From Chloropicon primus (lineage: Eukaryota), in assembly GCA_023205875.1 (NCBI GenBank), contig CP060769.1, positions 434,001-498,000 on the forward strand: DNA of 64,000 bases, written 5' to 3'. The number at the start of each line of letters is the position of its first letter. Within the stretch, counting starts at the first letter, position 1. Shown in pieces: positions 34,583 through 46,078 of the stretch. The position numbers were made by a program, and so were the translations under genes. The notes below the pieces were generated by a model that did no database searches, was not told where the DNA came from, and was given only the letters and a program-made list of their open reading frames with translations.

Positions 34583-37500
34583 ATGGTGAAGGAGGCAGGG
34601 AAGGTCCCTGCTGCTGCGTGGGAATGCGACGAGGAGACGGTCGTGTTGGCGTACCTGAACGAGGACCGGAAGGGGGGCTTGCTCCACGCCAAGGAGGCTT
34701 TGGCCCAAGGGTTGAGCTCGGACCAGGTCAGGGAGAGGAGGGAAAAGCATGGACTGAATGAGTTGGAGAAGCCGCCATCAACACCGATCTGGAAGCTGGT
34801 TCTGGAGCAGTTCGATGACACGCTCGTCAAGGTTCTCTTGGTTGCCGCTATCGTGAGCTTCGTCCTCGCGATAAGTGAGGAGCTGGAGGCGATAAAGGAG
34901 GTCCACCCGGACGCGAACATTTGGAGCTTGCTCTCGATGGACTCCCTGAAAGCCTTCGTGGAGCCTGGGGTCATCGTCCTCATCCTTCTCCTGAACGCGA
35001 TCGTCGGCGTGTGGCAGGAGTCGAACGCGGAGAAGGCCTTGGAGGCCTTGCAGGAGCTGAACGACGCGTCCTGCCAGTGCCTGAGGGACGGCAGCTGGGT
35101 GGGCGACCTTCCCGCCAAGGAGCTCGTGCCCGGGGATGTCATCAAGCTCGGCGCGGGGGACAAGGTGCCGGCGGACGGGAGAATGGTCGTGCTCTCGACT
35201 CAGACGATCAGGCTTGACCAGGCCTCCCTCACTGGGGAGTCCGTCCCGGTGGAGAAGGTCACCGAGGCCCTGCCCAGTCACAAGGGGGGCGGGGACCTGG
35301 ACATCCAGAGCAAGGTGAACATGCTCTTCGCGGGAACTTCGGTGTCGAACGGCGGCTGCATCATGGTCGCCACGGGAACGGGGAAGGATACAGAGATCGG
35401 AAAGACGCACGAGCTCATCGTCGATGCCCAGGACGAGCAGGAGGACACGCCCTTGAAGAGGAAACTGGATGACTTTGGTGACGCGCTCAGCAAAATCATT
35501 GGAGTGATCTGCCTGATCGTCTGGGCGATCAACTACAAGCATTTCCTGGCCTTTCGCGTCGCTGGGAAAGGGGAGACGCTGGCGATCTCCCCCGACAAGA
35601 CGTCCTTCAGCCTGGATTTGCTGGGAACGGGAAGCTCTCTGTGGATCGAGTTCGACCTTTACAAGTGCACGTACTACTTCAAGATTGCAGTCGCCCTCGC
35701 AGTCGCGGCGATTCCTGAGGGGCTTCCTGCAGTGATCACCACCTGCCTCGCCCTCGGTACGAGGAAAATGGCGAAGCAGAAGGCCATCGTTAGGAAGCTC
35801 CCATCGGTGGAGACGCTCGGGTGCACCTCTGTCATCTGTTCTGACAAGACCGGGACGCTCACGAGCAACCAGATGTCCTGCGTCGAAGTTGTTGCCGCAG
35901 GGACGAAGAGGGGATCCCTTCTCGAGAGGTGCCAGGTCAGTGGCCATACCTACGACCCCAAGGTAGGCAAAATTTTGGGATTGAGCAGGCTGAACGAGTC
36001 ATGGGAATGCCTCATGAGAGTGTGCGCGCTTTGCAACGAAGCAAGCGTGGAGGAAGTGGAAGAGGAGTCCAATGCCACCTCCTACAAGGCAGTGGGCTCG
36101 CCAACGGAGGCGGCTATGAAGGTCCTCGCGGAGAAGATTGGAGCGCTTTCCTCCAGCGCCAGGCCGGGCTCTGGCAAGGTTCTCCCCTACAGCGAAGCCA
36201 TTTTGGAGAGCTACGACAGGCGGGCCATCTTGGAGTTCAACAGGGACAGGAAGAGCATGAGCGTGCTTGTCGCGGACAAGCAATCCAAAGCGAGGAAGCA
36301 CAAGAATGAGCTGATGGTGAAGGGGGCCCCGGAATCGGTGCTCGAGCGCTGCACACACTTCATGAACGCAGATGGAAGCAAAGTTTTGCTGACGAAGAGC
36401 ATGAGAAGCGAAATCAGCGAAGTGATCCAGGACATGTCCATGAAGGCTTTGAGGTGCCTCGCGGTAGCAGTGAAAGACGATCCAAGGGCGCTTGGAGAAC
36501 TTTCGAGCTACGACGGAAGCTCTGGCCATCCCGCTCACAAGCTCTTGAAAAACATCGGCGGTTACAGTGAGCTCGAGAGCAAGCTTTGCTTTGTTGGCCT
36601 GGCCGGGCTTCAGGACCCTCCAAGGCCGGAGGTCAAGGAATCCATCGCGAGCTGCCAGGATGCCGGCGTCAGAGTGATTGTGATCACCGGAGACAACAAG
36701 CTGACGGCGGAAAGCATTTGCAAGAACATTGGAATTTTCGAGGAGGGGGATGACCTCAATGACAGGTCTTTCACGTGCTCCGACTTTTTCTCGTCGAGGG
36801 TGTCCGCGGCGAAGAGGCTGAGCATCCTCAAGAAGAGTGCCGATGCCAAGGCGGGCGGGCTGCTCTTCAGTCGCGCAGAGCCAAAGCACAAGCAAGATAT
36901 TATTCGCCTTCTGAAGGCAGATGGAAGCGATGTCATTGCCATGACAGGAGATGGGGTGAACGACGCACCTGCTCTCGCCCTGGCGGACATTGGTATCGCA
37001 ATGGGTATTGCTGGAACAGAGGTTGCCAAGGAGGCGAGTGACATGGTGCTCGCCGATGACAACTTCTCCACCATTGTCAGTGCTGTGAGGGAGGGAAGGG
37101 CTATTTACAACAACATGAAAGCTTTCATTAGGTACATGATAAGCAGCAACGTGGGCGAGGTGGCCTCTATCTTCATCACTGCTGCCCTTGGCCTTCCGGA
37201 AGGGTTGATTCCCGTTCAGCTCTTGTGGGTAAACCTTGTGACGGATGGCCCACCTGCGACAGCTCTGGGCTTCAACCCTCCTGACCCTGACGTCATGACG
37301 AAGAAGCCCAGATCGAACCAGGACGGCCTCATCACGCCGTGGGTCCTCTTTAGGTACATGGTAGTCGGCTTGTACGTCGGAATTGCGACCGTGGGCATTT
37401 TTGCGGTGTGGTATACCCAAACGTCCTTCTTGGGTATCGACCTCTCTGAAGATGGCCATACTCCAATCACCTTCCACCAGCTCAGCCACTGGCAGAGCTG

Positions 37501-37954
37501 CGACACGTGGGACCGCAGCACCTTCAAATTCACGGACTACACCGCCGGGGACCAAGTTTACAGGATAAGCCAAGATGGGAATCCTTGCGACTACTTTTCT
37601 GCCACAGGGAAGGCGAAAGCGAGCACTCTGTCCTTGACGGTGCTTGTTGCGATCGAGATGTTCAACGCCTTCAATGCTTTGAGCGAAGACATGTCGATCT
37701 TGACTGTTCCCCCTTACGTCAATCCGTACTTGATCATCGCAGCTGCTCTGAGTTTTGCTCTCCACTGCTTTATTTTGTACACGCCGAGCATGAACCAAAT
37801 CTTCGAGATCACTCCTCTCAGTTGGAACGAGTGGTTGCTGGTGCTGGCCTTTTCCCTGCCGGTCATCTTGATCGACGAGGTCTTGAAGTTTTTCGGAAGG
37901 CAGCTGAACGAGAGGGAGAGACGTGCTCGGTCCAGCAAGAGCAAAATGGAATAG
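34583..37954 (+). CDS. ECA: P2A Ca2+-transporting ATPase (SERCA/ECA type)
   Basis: [54 protein letters not shown]-terminal KSKME (KxKxx ER-retrieval signal). Confidence 0.96.
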   Translation: MVKEAGKVPAAAWECDEETVVLAYLNEDRKGGLLHAKEALAQGLSSDQVRERREKHGLNELEKPPSTPIWKLVLEQFDDTLVKVLLVAAIVSFVLAISEELEAIKEVHPDANIWSLLSMDSLKAFVEPGVIVLILLLNAIVGVWQESNAEKALEALQELNDASCQCLRDGSWVGDLPAKELVPGDVIKLGAGDKVPADGRMVVLSTQTIRLDQASLTGESVPVEKVTEALPSHKGGGDLDIQSKVNMLFAGTSVSNGGCIMVATGTGKDTEIGKTHELIVDAQDEQEDTPLKRKLDDFGDALSKIIGVICLIVWAINYKHFLAFRVAGKGETLAISPDKTSFSLDLLGTGSSLWIEFDLYKCTYYFKIAVALAVAAIPEGLPAVITTCLALGTRKMAKQKAIVRKLPSVETLGCTSVICSDKTGTLTSNQMSCVEVVAAGTKRGSLLERCQVSGHTYDPKVGKILGLSRLNESWECLMRVCALCNEASVEEVEEESNATSYKAVGSPTEAAMKVLAEKIGALSSSARPGSGKVLPYSEAILESYDRRAILEFNRDRKSMSVLVADKQSKARKHKNELMVKGAPESVLERCTHFMNADGSKVLLTKSMRSEISEVIQDMSMKALRCLAVAVKDDPRALGELSSYDGSSGHPAHKLLKNIGGYSELESKLCFVGLAGLQDPPRPEVKESIASCQDAGVRVIVITGDNKLTAESICKNIGIFEEGDDLNDRSFTCSDFFSSRVSAAKRLSILKKSADAKAGGLLFSRAEPKHKQDIIRLLKADGSDVIAMTGDGVNDAPALALADIGIAMGIAGTEVAKEASDMVLADDNFSTIVSAVREGRAIYNNMKAFIRYMISSNVGEVASIFITAALGLPEGLIPVQLLWVNLVTDGPPATALGFNPPDPDVMTKKPRSNQDGLITPWVLFRYMVVGLYVGIATVGIFAVWYTQTSFLGIDLSEDGHTPITFHQLSHWQSCDTWDRSTFKFTDYTAGDQVYRISQDGNPCDYFSATGKAKASTLSLTVLVAIEMFNAFNALSEDMSILTVPPYVNPYLIIAAALSFALHCFILYTPSMNQIFEITPLSWNEWLLVLAFSLPVILIDEVLKFFGRQLNERERRARSSKSKME

Positions 37955-38031
37955 GGATAGAAATATTTTTAGGAACCTTGTTGTTGTATATTATTTACTT
38001 ATTAATTTTGGAAAAGGCAGCTTTTCAAAGT

Positions 38032-40155
38032 TTACGGCATTCGCTGCTGGGCTCGAACGACGTTTTGCCTCCCCGTGAGGAGACCCTCGATCCATTTGGG
38101 CACTTCCTGTGACATGGTGGACAGGAATGGATGCTGCCCGTCCCTGGAAATCGGGCTCTTGGTGCGCTCGATGCCTTGCAGAACATCGTTTGCGCTCACT
38201 TGAGGAGCACTCCGCCTTGTCGCCATCAAGACAGCCTCGTTGACCACGTTCGCTATATCTGCTCCCGAGCAGCCGCCCGTGCCCGCAGCAATGAGTTCTG
38301 CGTAGTAGACCTCCAGCTTTCTTTGATCTCTCGTGGCCCCCAGCGGCTGGAGAGGCATGTCCCTCAGGTAGACCAAAGCGATGTCTTTCCTTCCCTTCTC
38401 ATCTGGCAGCGAGATTTTCACTTTTCTGGACAGTCTCCCCGGGCGAAGGAGGGCATCATCAAGCACTTCGGGTCGATTCGTCGCGCAGATCAGCAGAACA
38501 TTTGGGCCCACCTCCTCGCCATCCTTAGCGCTCTCATTGAAGCCATCCAACTCTGTCAGCAACTGGTTCAAGGTTTGATCTCTCTCTTCGTTGAACCCAG
38601 CTCCCCTCTTTCCTCCCACCGCGTCGATCTCATCGATGAAGACAATGCTGGGAGAGCTCAGCCGCGCCTGCTTGAAGAGGTCCCTCACCCTTGCGGCTCC
38701 TCTTCCCACGAAGAGCTCCACGAACTCGCTCGCGCTGCAGGCAAAGAACGGGACACTCGCCTCTCCCGCTACCGCCTTGGCGAGGAGGGTCTTGCCGGTA
38801 CCTGGTGGTCCACTCAGCAGAACCCCTCTCGGCATCTTAATGAAGTCCTTGAGCGTAACGTTCTCAGCCACTCCTCCAAGCGCTTGTGAGGGGCTGCCCA
38901 GAGCCTGCCCAACCTTCGAATGAACTTCCCTGGACTCCAGCTCGCTAGGTTTGTCCGTCGTGGTTCCTCTCAACTTGTTCCAAATCGCCCCGAAAAGCCG
39001 GAAAACATTCAGACTCCCCAAGAACGCTGTTGCATACTTGCTCCGCCCTCTCCTCGACTGCACCTTTCTCAAGTCAGCCATTTGCCTTTGCTTCCAATTC
39101 AAAAAGTCGACGATCTCCTGGAGCTCCTCAATCGCGTAGTCTGCGCCGGCCACATCCTTGAAGGTGACTTCTGGAACCCTCTGGTTTGAGCCAGACCCCT
39201 TGCCCTTCTTCCCCCCCAGGTTTCTCCTCTTTGTTGTGTTCGATCGGCCCATCCCTTGCTGCTGCTGAATCTGCCGCCTGACAAACAGGAAAAGGGGAAC
39301 GAGTGGCAGCCAAAGCAGCAGGACTGTTGCCAGCACCTTCCCCACGGAGCCCGACACGGAATTCCTCGTGCCGAAAGCAACCTTCTTTTGAATCAAGAGG
39401 GGGAGCAAGGACGCGTCGCTAGGAACCCGCTTGGTGGAAAGCCACCTGCTCGCTCCGCTTTTCGAGACCTCGAAGTATATTTTTGGCGTATTCTCGTCGA
39501 ACTTCACGTTCTTGACTTTGCCACTCTTTACCGCGTGGTAGAACGTGCTGTACATGACCGAATCAACTTTCTTGCCCATTCTCCCCTTCTTGCCATCCTT
39601 GGAGGAGGCCTTCTTCCTCGAGCTCAGCTCCTTCACTTTCGACAGAGTCGCCGTGGACGTCTTGGCACCATAGTCCACGATGTGAGCCAGCTTCGAGCCC
39701 GCCTTCTTTCCGCAGGCCCCGAGAGCTTGCTTGCCGCCCTCCAAGCGGCCCTGCCAAGTGGCGTGCGTCGGGGTGGGAGCGTGAGACCCCGCGAGAGCGG
39801 GCCTCGCCCCGCACAGCGACACCGCGAACGCCTGCGAGCCAAATACGGCCACCGCCGCAGTCCTCCTTGCCAAACCCAGGAGCCACTTGCTAGAGGAGTC
39901 CGCTTCTCCTCCATCCCCCCTCAAGGGCAGCGAGGCATCCAACACCACCCCCTCCCTTTCCACGGCCTCCGCTCTCTGACTCTCCAAAGGACCTCCACAC
40001 CTCCTGTGCTCCCTTCCCGCTCGGCCTTGGCGTGAACTGGCAGCACAAGGGAGGACTCCGGCACCATTCCGCGTTCCCTCTCTCCTGACTCCCCTTTGGT
40101 GACCACTCCACCTGCTCACCCTCCTCCCCTCACCCTTCATCCTCATCCTCGCCAT
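38032..40155 (-). CDS. Plastid FtsH-like AAA ATPase lacking the protease domain (FtsHi3-like)
   Basis: FtsH extracellular region, TM helix, [41 protein letters not shown]. The protein ends without HEXXH. Start codon uncertain. Confidence 0.85.
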   Translation of the reverse strand: MARMRMKGEGRRVSRWSGHQRGVRREGTRNGAGVLPCAASSRQGRAGREHRRCGGPLESQRAEAVEREGVVLDASLPLRGDGGEADSSSKWLLGLARRTAAVAVFGSQAFAVSLCGARPALAGSHAPTPTHATWQGRLEGGKQALGACGKKAGSKLAHIVDYGAKTSTATLSKVKELSSRKKASSKDGKKGRMGKKVDSVMYSTFYHAVKSGKVKNVKFDENTPKIYFEVSKSGASRWLSTKRVPSDASLLPLLIQKKVAFGTRNSVSGSVGKVLATVLLLWLPLVPLFLFVRRQIQQQQGMGRSNTTKRRNLGGKKGKGSGSNQRVPEVTFKDVAGADYAIEELQEIVDFLNWKQRQMADLRKVQSRRGRSKYATAFLGSLNVFRLFGAIWNKLRGTTTDKPSELESREVHSKVGQALGSPSQALGGVAENVTLKDFIKMPRGVLLSGPPGTGKTLLAKAVAGEASVPFFACSASEFVELFVGRGAARVRDLFKQARLSSPSIVFIDEIDAVGGKRGAGFNEERDQTLNQLLTELDGFNESAKDGEEVGPNVLLICATNRPEVLDDALLRPGRLSRKVKISLPDEKGRKDIALVYLRDMPLQPLGATRDQRKLEVYYAELIAAGTGGCSGADIANVVNEAVLMATRRSAPQVSANDVLQGIERTKSPISRDGQHPFLSTMSQEVPKWIEGLLTGRQNVVRAQQRMP

Positions 40156-40512
40156 CCCCTCCCCCTCCTCTCTCTCTCTCTCTCTCTCTCTGCAGACCAA
40201 TCTCCTCGCCGAGAGAATGGGAAAACGCTTCGAGCTCCACGAGGCAGAAAAAGAACGAGAGGCAACGAGGCAGATGCCGCGACCTCCGACGCCAGAGGTG
40301 AACCGCCTCTTCCTCACGCGATGAACCACCTCCTCGTGATTGAAAACAACGTCTGACCTTCTCCTCCTCCTCTTTCTCTCTCTCTCTTGCTTTCTTGGAG
40401 CGATGGATGGGTCGCCTGCTTCGACCAAAGTATCAATCGAAAGATCTCGAGACGATCCTTGCGATGGTCCGGTCCTCCACTCCCCTCGACGCCTTCCGAC
40501 CTCCTCCTTCGC

Positions 40513-40543
<31 letters not shown>

Positions 40544-40808
40544 CTGCGCCGCTGGAGATCTCTCCTCCACAACTCTCTCTCTCTCTCTCTCTCTGTCTCT
40601 GTGTTTCTGTTCTGGAAGGAGACGTAACGCTTCTCGAGGCTGTAACGGCCGAGGAGGGTCGCAAAACGAGGAGAAGAGGACGCAGACGTGAAGCGCGTCT
40701 CTTGCTCTTTCCAAAGACCTGTCGCTTGCTCGGTTTGAGTCTTCGGGTGAAGGGTAACCAAAGGACTTGGCCATTCGCATCGTAGGAGGCAGAGAGGTGA
40801 GGTGTGGC

Positions 40809-42299
40809 ATGCAGGTGGCCGTGACGAGAGCGGTGGGTGGGGAGAGGGGGAGGTGCCATAGCGTGAGGGTGGGGACGTGTGTTGAGGTGCGGCATGCCAG
40901 GCGGAATCCCGTTCCTTTGGGTTCCTCGGCTTCCGTGACGAGGACGGTGGTGCATCAACGTGGCCTGGCGGTGGAGGAGTGGAGGGGAACGAGGGGGATG
41001 AGGAGGGTGGCGATGAGGGCAAAGGGCGAGGACATCGACGCTTTCGTGAAAAAGCGTTTGAAGAAAGTTGTGAGGAAGGCGGTGGAGGAGTCACTCGCTC
41101 AGGAGATCGGTCAGCTCAAGTATCTCGCCAGGAAACTCAAGGAGGAGAGGGAGGCCCTGGCGAGCCTCGTGGAGGTGGTCCAGGAGAAACTCGTAGAGGT
41201 GGATGAGAAGCTCCTTGTGGTGGACTCCAGTCCATCGGCTGCTTCCCTCCCTCCTGCGGAGAGACCTGCTCCGGGGGGAGGCACTGGTGGGCCGAGGGAC
41301 AACGGCGGAGGCGGAAGGACGCCGTTGGAGGACTCGATGCACGTGACGGAGGATATCATGGGCGCCATCTCGAGGGTCGGGTTCCCGGACAGCTTCGGCG
41401 GGGTGAATGGGGACGGGATTCGTCGGGAAGATGCGCAAGGAGATCCCGGTGCCACGGCCCTGGCTTCGAAAGGCGTGGCCACCGGGACCAAGAAGGAGGC
41501 GGCGGTTGGGAAGAAGGGCAAGACCGTTACTCAGATGCCTTCCGTCACCGTGGGTTGCGACTCCATCCAACTGATGTCCCTCTTGCACGCCAAGCTGGAG
41601 GAGAGAGGGTTCTACTGCACGGACGAGGAGAGGGAGGACTGGTACTTTGGCGAGAGCACACAGAACTCCGTCATGGCCTTCCAGGCCTCGAACGGGTTGA
41701 CGGAGAACGGCACCGTGACCGCCAAGGAGTGGGCAATCCTTCTGGAGAACGAGGTGGACTTTGTGTGGGAGGAGGTCGACGAGGAGGGCATCGTGGTTGA
41801 CTTGGAGGCGGCCTCGACGTCTGGCCAAGCGAGCGTCGAGGAGGAGACGCCGGTGGGGGAGAAGGAAGCGAAGGAAGCTGGAAGCGGCGCCTCGCCTCCG
41901 CTGAATCTCCTGGACGCGGAGAGCTTTCCGATGCTGAGGGAAGGCGACGGCGGTCGGTACGTGCGCCTCCTTCAGCTGGCCCTGGACAAGAAGGGCTTTT
42001 GCGTCTCGGACGACGAGCTCGAGTTCTGGATGTTTGGGGACACCACCGAGACCGCGCTGAAGACCTTTCAAGCGTGCAGCGGGGTGCCAGAGAGCGGGGT
42101 GGTGGACGAGGAGGTCTGGTCCATGCTCTGCGAGGGCTTGGAGGACGAAGTGTGCTCCATCGAGTTCCTGGAGGAAAGAACCAACGGAGTCTCGGAGGCC
42201 GAGGAGGCGGATCCTTACAACATCGATCGGGCGGACGGGAAGGGCGTCTTCCTCCTCGGCGAGGGCCGCTACGAGGATCCTGACAGGCTCCAATCCTAG
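40809..42299 (+). CDS. pTAC5-like plastid protein with two peptidoglycan-binding-like domains
   Basis: Transit peptide, coiled coil, two PG_binding_1-like repeats (YFGESTQNSVMAFQASNGLTENG; MFGDTTETALKTFQACSGVPESGVVDEEVW), C-terminal VFLLGEGRYEDPDRL. Confidence 0.78.
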   Translation: MQVAVTRAVGGERGRCHSVRVGTCVEVRHARRNPVPLGSSASVTRTVVHQRGLAVEEWRGTRGMRRVAMRAKGEDIDAFVKKRLKKVVRKAVEESLAQEIGQLKYLARKLKEEREALASLVEVVQEKLVEVDEKLLVVDSSPSAASLPPAERPAPGGGTGGPRDNGGGGRTPLEDSMHVTEDIMGAISRVGFPDSFGGVNGDGIRREDAQGDPGATALASKGVATGTKKEAAVGKKGKTVTQMPSVTVGCDSIQLMSLLHAKLEERGFYCTDEEREDWYFGESTQNSVMAFQASNGLTENGTVTAKEWAILLENEVDFVWEEVDEEGIVVDLEAASTSGQASVEEETPVGEKEAKEAGSGASPPLNLLDAESFPMLREGDGGRYVRLLQLALDKKGFCVSDDELEFWMFGDTTETALKTFQACSGVPESGVVDEEVWSMLCEGLEDEVCSIEFLEERTNGVSEAEEADPYNIDRADGKGVFLLGEGRYEDPDRLQS

Positions 42300-43120
42300 G
42301 GATTGCAGTGGGCAGCGCGCGCCACAGGGAGCGAGGTCCCAACGGCGTGTTCGTCTGCGTGTTTTTTGCTGAGCGATTTGGGTTTTGGCGGCGACGACTA
42401 CTGTACAGAAGAGTGACGCATGTCATTCGACTTGGCCAATCCTGATGATTCTTAATGCACGCTTCTCAAGTCCGTGAACGAGGCAAAATGTCGATCCTGG
42501 TGGCCTTCTCGTCCTCAACCCGATTCCTCACCCCAGCTCTCTCTCCCTCTCTCTCGCGTGCGTGCGGTCGAGGACCACGACCAAGACCAAGACCAAGGTG
42601 CTCTCTGTCTCTGTCTTGAATTGCGATTTCATCGCCAGGAGAGAGAGAGAGAAGAGCGAAGAGCGAAGAGAGAGAGAGAGAGAGAGTTGCAGAAAGACAA
42701 GCAAGCAAGGAAGAATCTTACCTTGTCCTCGTCCATGTCCTTGGTCCCTCTCCTCTCCATCCTCCTCCTCTTGTACCCGCTGATCTCAAGATCAAAAATG
42801 AGTGGCCATGAGATGAGGATCAGATTTCTGGTCAGCCTGAGTCAGCAGCGAGCGGGAGTCCAAGGACAAGCGACGACCTTGGGCCGGGGACCGCTACCGA
42901 GGAGTCGACGGACCCGTGACCTCCTCGTTTTCCCTCCTTCGCAAACCGCTTTCGCTTCACTCCGCGAAAGAAACAATCGAGGAAGCGAAAGCTCATCATC
43001 ATCAACAACAACAACAACATCATCCATCAACTACATCATCTTCATCATCAACAACAACTTGTCATCGAGTCTGTCGAGAGGAGAGGACCGTGTCTGGGAA
43101 AAGGTTTGTTCGACGACGCA

Positions 43121-43983
43121 ATGTCCGTTACCACTGCGAAGATCTTGAGGGGGGTCCATCACCGCCACCACCGTGGCTCCGTGGCGTTGTGGAGGGCGAG
43201 GGGGAGGTCCTCGTCTGCTGGGATACTGGTGAGCCAAGGCAGGGGTCATCCGAGGGCGTCTGCTTACCATGGCGATGGCAATGACTTTGGAGACTTTGGG
43301 GACTGGGGATTGCCGGAGCCGGATCCTGTGGAAGGAAGCGAAGGAAGGAAGCAAGAGGAGATCATCCACATTTTCACGCAGGAGCTGGAGGTCGTGACCT
43401 TCGGGCCGAAAAGACCGCAGGTACGCGAGCGAAGTGTCCTGCGTCACGTCTGTTCCACCACACTGTGCCGTGTCCCCCTCCTCCCCGCCGACTCTTCTGA
43501 CATCTCTCGACTCGCTCGCTCTATATATCGAAACTTCTGCAGCTCCTGGGGAGCGAGGAGCTGGGCTCGAACATCATCAGCGGCGAAGGACAGCAGGACT
43601 TGGGCGCGTCTCCTGAGCAGAACATTGCCCCGCTGGACGGTCGAATGCCCACGGTGGAGGAGCAGGGCCTCTGCATCGGGGCCACGTTCGGGATCAAGGC
43701 CTTCAACGCGGTGGATCCCTCCAGGCAGATCAGTGTCCTTGGCTTCTGCCGCTGCGTCCACACGCTGGGCTGGCACGTCAACAGGGCCGTGCTCACAAAA
43801 GGAGGCGTCGTGACCATGAAGAACCACCAGGTCTCCATGGAGAAGATGGAGGAGAAGCTCACCATGAGCATTCAGGTTCCCTTCCTCTTTGGCGTCCCCC
43901 AAGAGTGGGACGCTATCAGTGAGGCCATCAGCACCGGCGGCGGTCTCATCGACAGGGTGTCCCAGAAGTGGTTGCTGTACTGA
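43121..43983 (+). CDS. Conserved green-lineage uncharacterised protein, probably plastid; exons 43121-43420 and 43541-43983
   Basis: Phase-0 intron GTACGC...CAG. LCIGATF, VLGFCR, KLTMSIQVPFLFGVP and GGGLIDRV resemble a plant DUF family (from recollection). Confidence 0.7.
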
Positions 43984-44405
43984 CCAGACGGGGGCACACT
44001 GGCCTGGCACCAGCTTTGTACAAAATTAATGTTTATTTGCGATTATTCTATGATTTTTTCATCCTGTTTTACTCTTTGCCAAACCACTTTCTTTTGCTGT
44101 TGCTCCCGAAGGAAGAAAGGGAAAGCCGCGCGTTCGTTCGCAAAGAGAACGGGACGAAAGAAAGAAAGTCTAAACCCGTGTTACAGAAACGGCATTTTGT
44201 GTTATTCTCGCGCCATTAAGAGCCTCCTGGTTTTTGTGTTCTGTCAAGGAGTTAAAAACCGTCCTTTCTCTTCCCGACAATCTAAAAACTGAATATGTTG
44301 GTGGTGGTACACGCATGCTTCCGAGAGAGAATGGTAGGAAACACGGGCAAGGTTCTGCCCCCCCCCTCCTTCCCCATTCCTCTCCTCCACACGCCTCGTC
44401 TCTGC

Positions 44406-45101
44406 TTATTGGGTGCTGCTCTTTCCTGACAAGATAATACCGACAATAAGTCCGTACAAGGCCAAAGCCTCAGCGAAAATGAGGATGAGGATCATACCCA
44501 CAAAGAGCTTTGGCTGTTGCGCGTTAGCCCTAACCCCGCTATCTCCAACAACGCCGATGGCCATACCCGCACTCAGGCCGCTCAGACCACAAGCCAAGCC
44601 AGAAGCCAAGTGCGCATACCCGTCAAACATCTTGTAGTCCTGTTTCAACCCGAACCGTTACCACGGAGGTTAAAAGAAAACGGACGAGAAGCACCAAGTG
44701 AACCACCATCGAGTCAGCAACAGAACGGCAAGAGGAATGCACGCGACGGGTGGCGGCGATGACGTCGGTGTTGGTGCTGGTGGTCTCTCTCTCTCTGTCT
44801 CATCTCCGAAATTCTTTTTTTGTTTTGTTTTGTTTTTGTTTTGTGGATGGACTCTTACCTGTGGAGCAACCTTCTGCGCGATGAGGACGGAGATAATGAA
44901 GCCGTAGATACCCAAGACACCCGCCATGACAACTGGAACGATGGACTTCATGACAAGCTCCGGTCTCATCACTCCCATGGCAGCAATACCCACGCCACTC
45001 TTCGCAGTACCGTACGCTGCTCCCATGGACGAGAACACGAGGGCGGCCGCCGCACCAATGAACCCGAAGAAAGGCGCCGTCGAGTCTCCACTGTCTGCCA
45101 T
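44406..45101 (-). CDS. VHA-c: V-type H+-ATPase 16 kDa proteolipid subunit c; exons 45101-44859 and 44639-44406
   Basis: [14 protein letters not shown]...[43 protein letters not shown]. Confidence 0.97.
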
Positions 45102-46078
45102 GATTGCCTTTTGTTCCTCTCTCTCTCTCTCTCTTGTTGCCTCGGGCCTCGTTTGTTAACGCGACGCGACGTCTCCTCTCCGCCGTCAACTCAACTCCCC
45201 TTCGCTCGCGCGCTCTCGCCTCTTAGGGTTTTCCAAGCCGAGATGAGTGTAAGCGCGAGGTACACTTGCTGGGACCAGGAGGGAGAACGCGGATCGATCA
45301 AGAGGAAGCGGACGCAAAGTGTGCCGTCTCACGACAACGGAACTGGAACTTCACTTCACTTCACTTCAATTGGTGTTCACCGGAGCAAAGGCCTTCGTCC
45401 TTGCCTTGCCTTGCATTGCCTTGCATTGCATTGCATTGCCTTGTGTTGTGTTGTGTTGTGTTGTGGTCCTTTCCTCTTTTCCCTGGCAGGGCAAACCGTG
45501 ATGAGCAAAGGAAGGAAGACCGTGGCAATCCAAGACTCACACACACACACATACACACACACACATAGAGAGAGACAGAGAGAGGCACGCAGAGAGAAGC
45601 AGAGCAAACTGTCCGCCATCCCCCTTCACCCCCCTCATCCTCCGTTTACACTCCTCGCCCTCCTCGGTCGGTTTCGCGCGCAAATCAGTTTTTTTTCCTC
45701 TTCAATCCGTTCGCTGACAGAGCGTGCGATCGCAAAAGGTAAGGGCGTCGTCTGCCGCGATTGCGGCGGAGGTCGAGGAGGGAAGAGGTACGGGAGAGGT
45801 GTCACTGGAACCGCCACACCTCGAGCTTTCCAAAGACCACTCACTTGCGAAGAATGGCGGAGGATTGGAGAAACTGAAGCGAAACAAACTGCTTCCCCTC
45901 TTCCTCTTCCTCTTGCCATTCTATCGAAAGGCAGAGAGAGACAGAGGGAAGGTTACATTGTGATCGACGTTGGCCAAAGCTTGCTCCTCCCTCCCTGCGG
46001 GTACCGTCATCGATCGGATTCTCACTCCGTGTCTTCGTCTTGCTCTGTACTTGTTGACAGGGAAGGAGAGTCGAACTG

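Noticed and set aside
45711..45745. Another possible AG|GT ratchet site (CTGAC...AAAG|GTAAGG)
   Set aside because: It is equally well explained by an acceptor at 45720 plus an 18-nt exon, so it is ambiguous.
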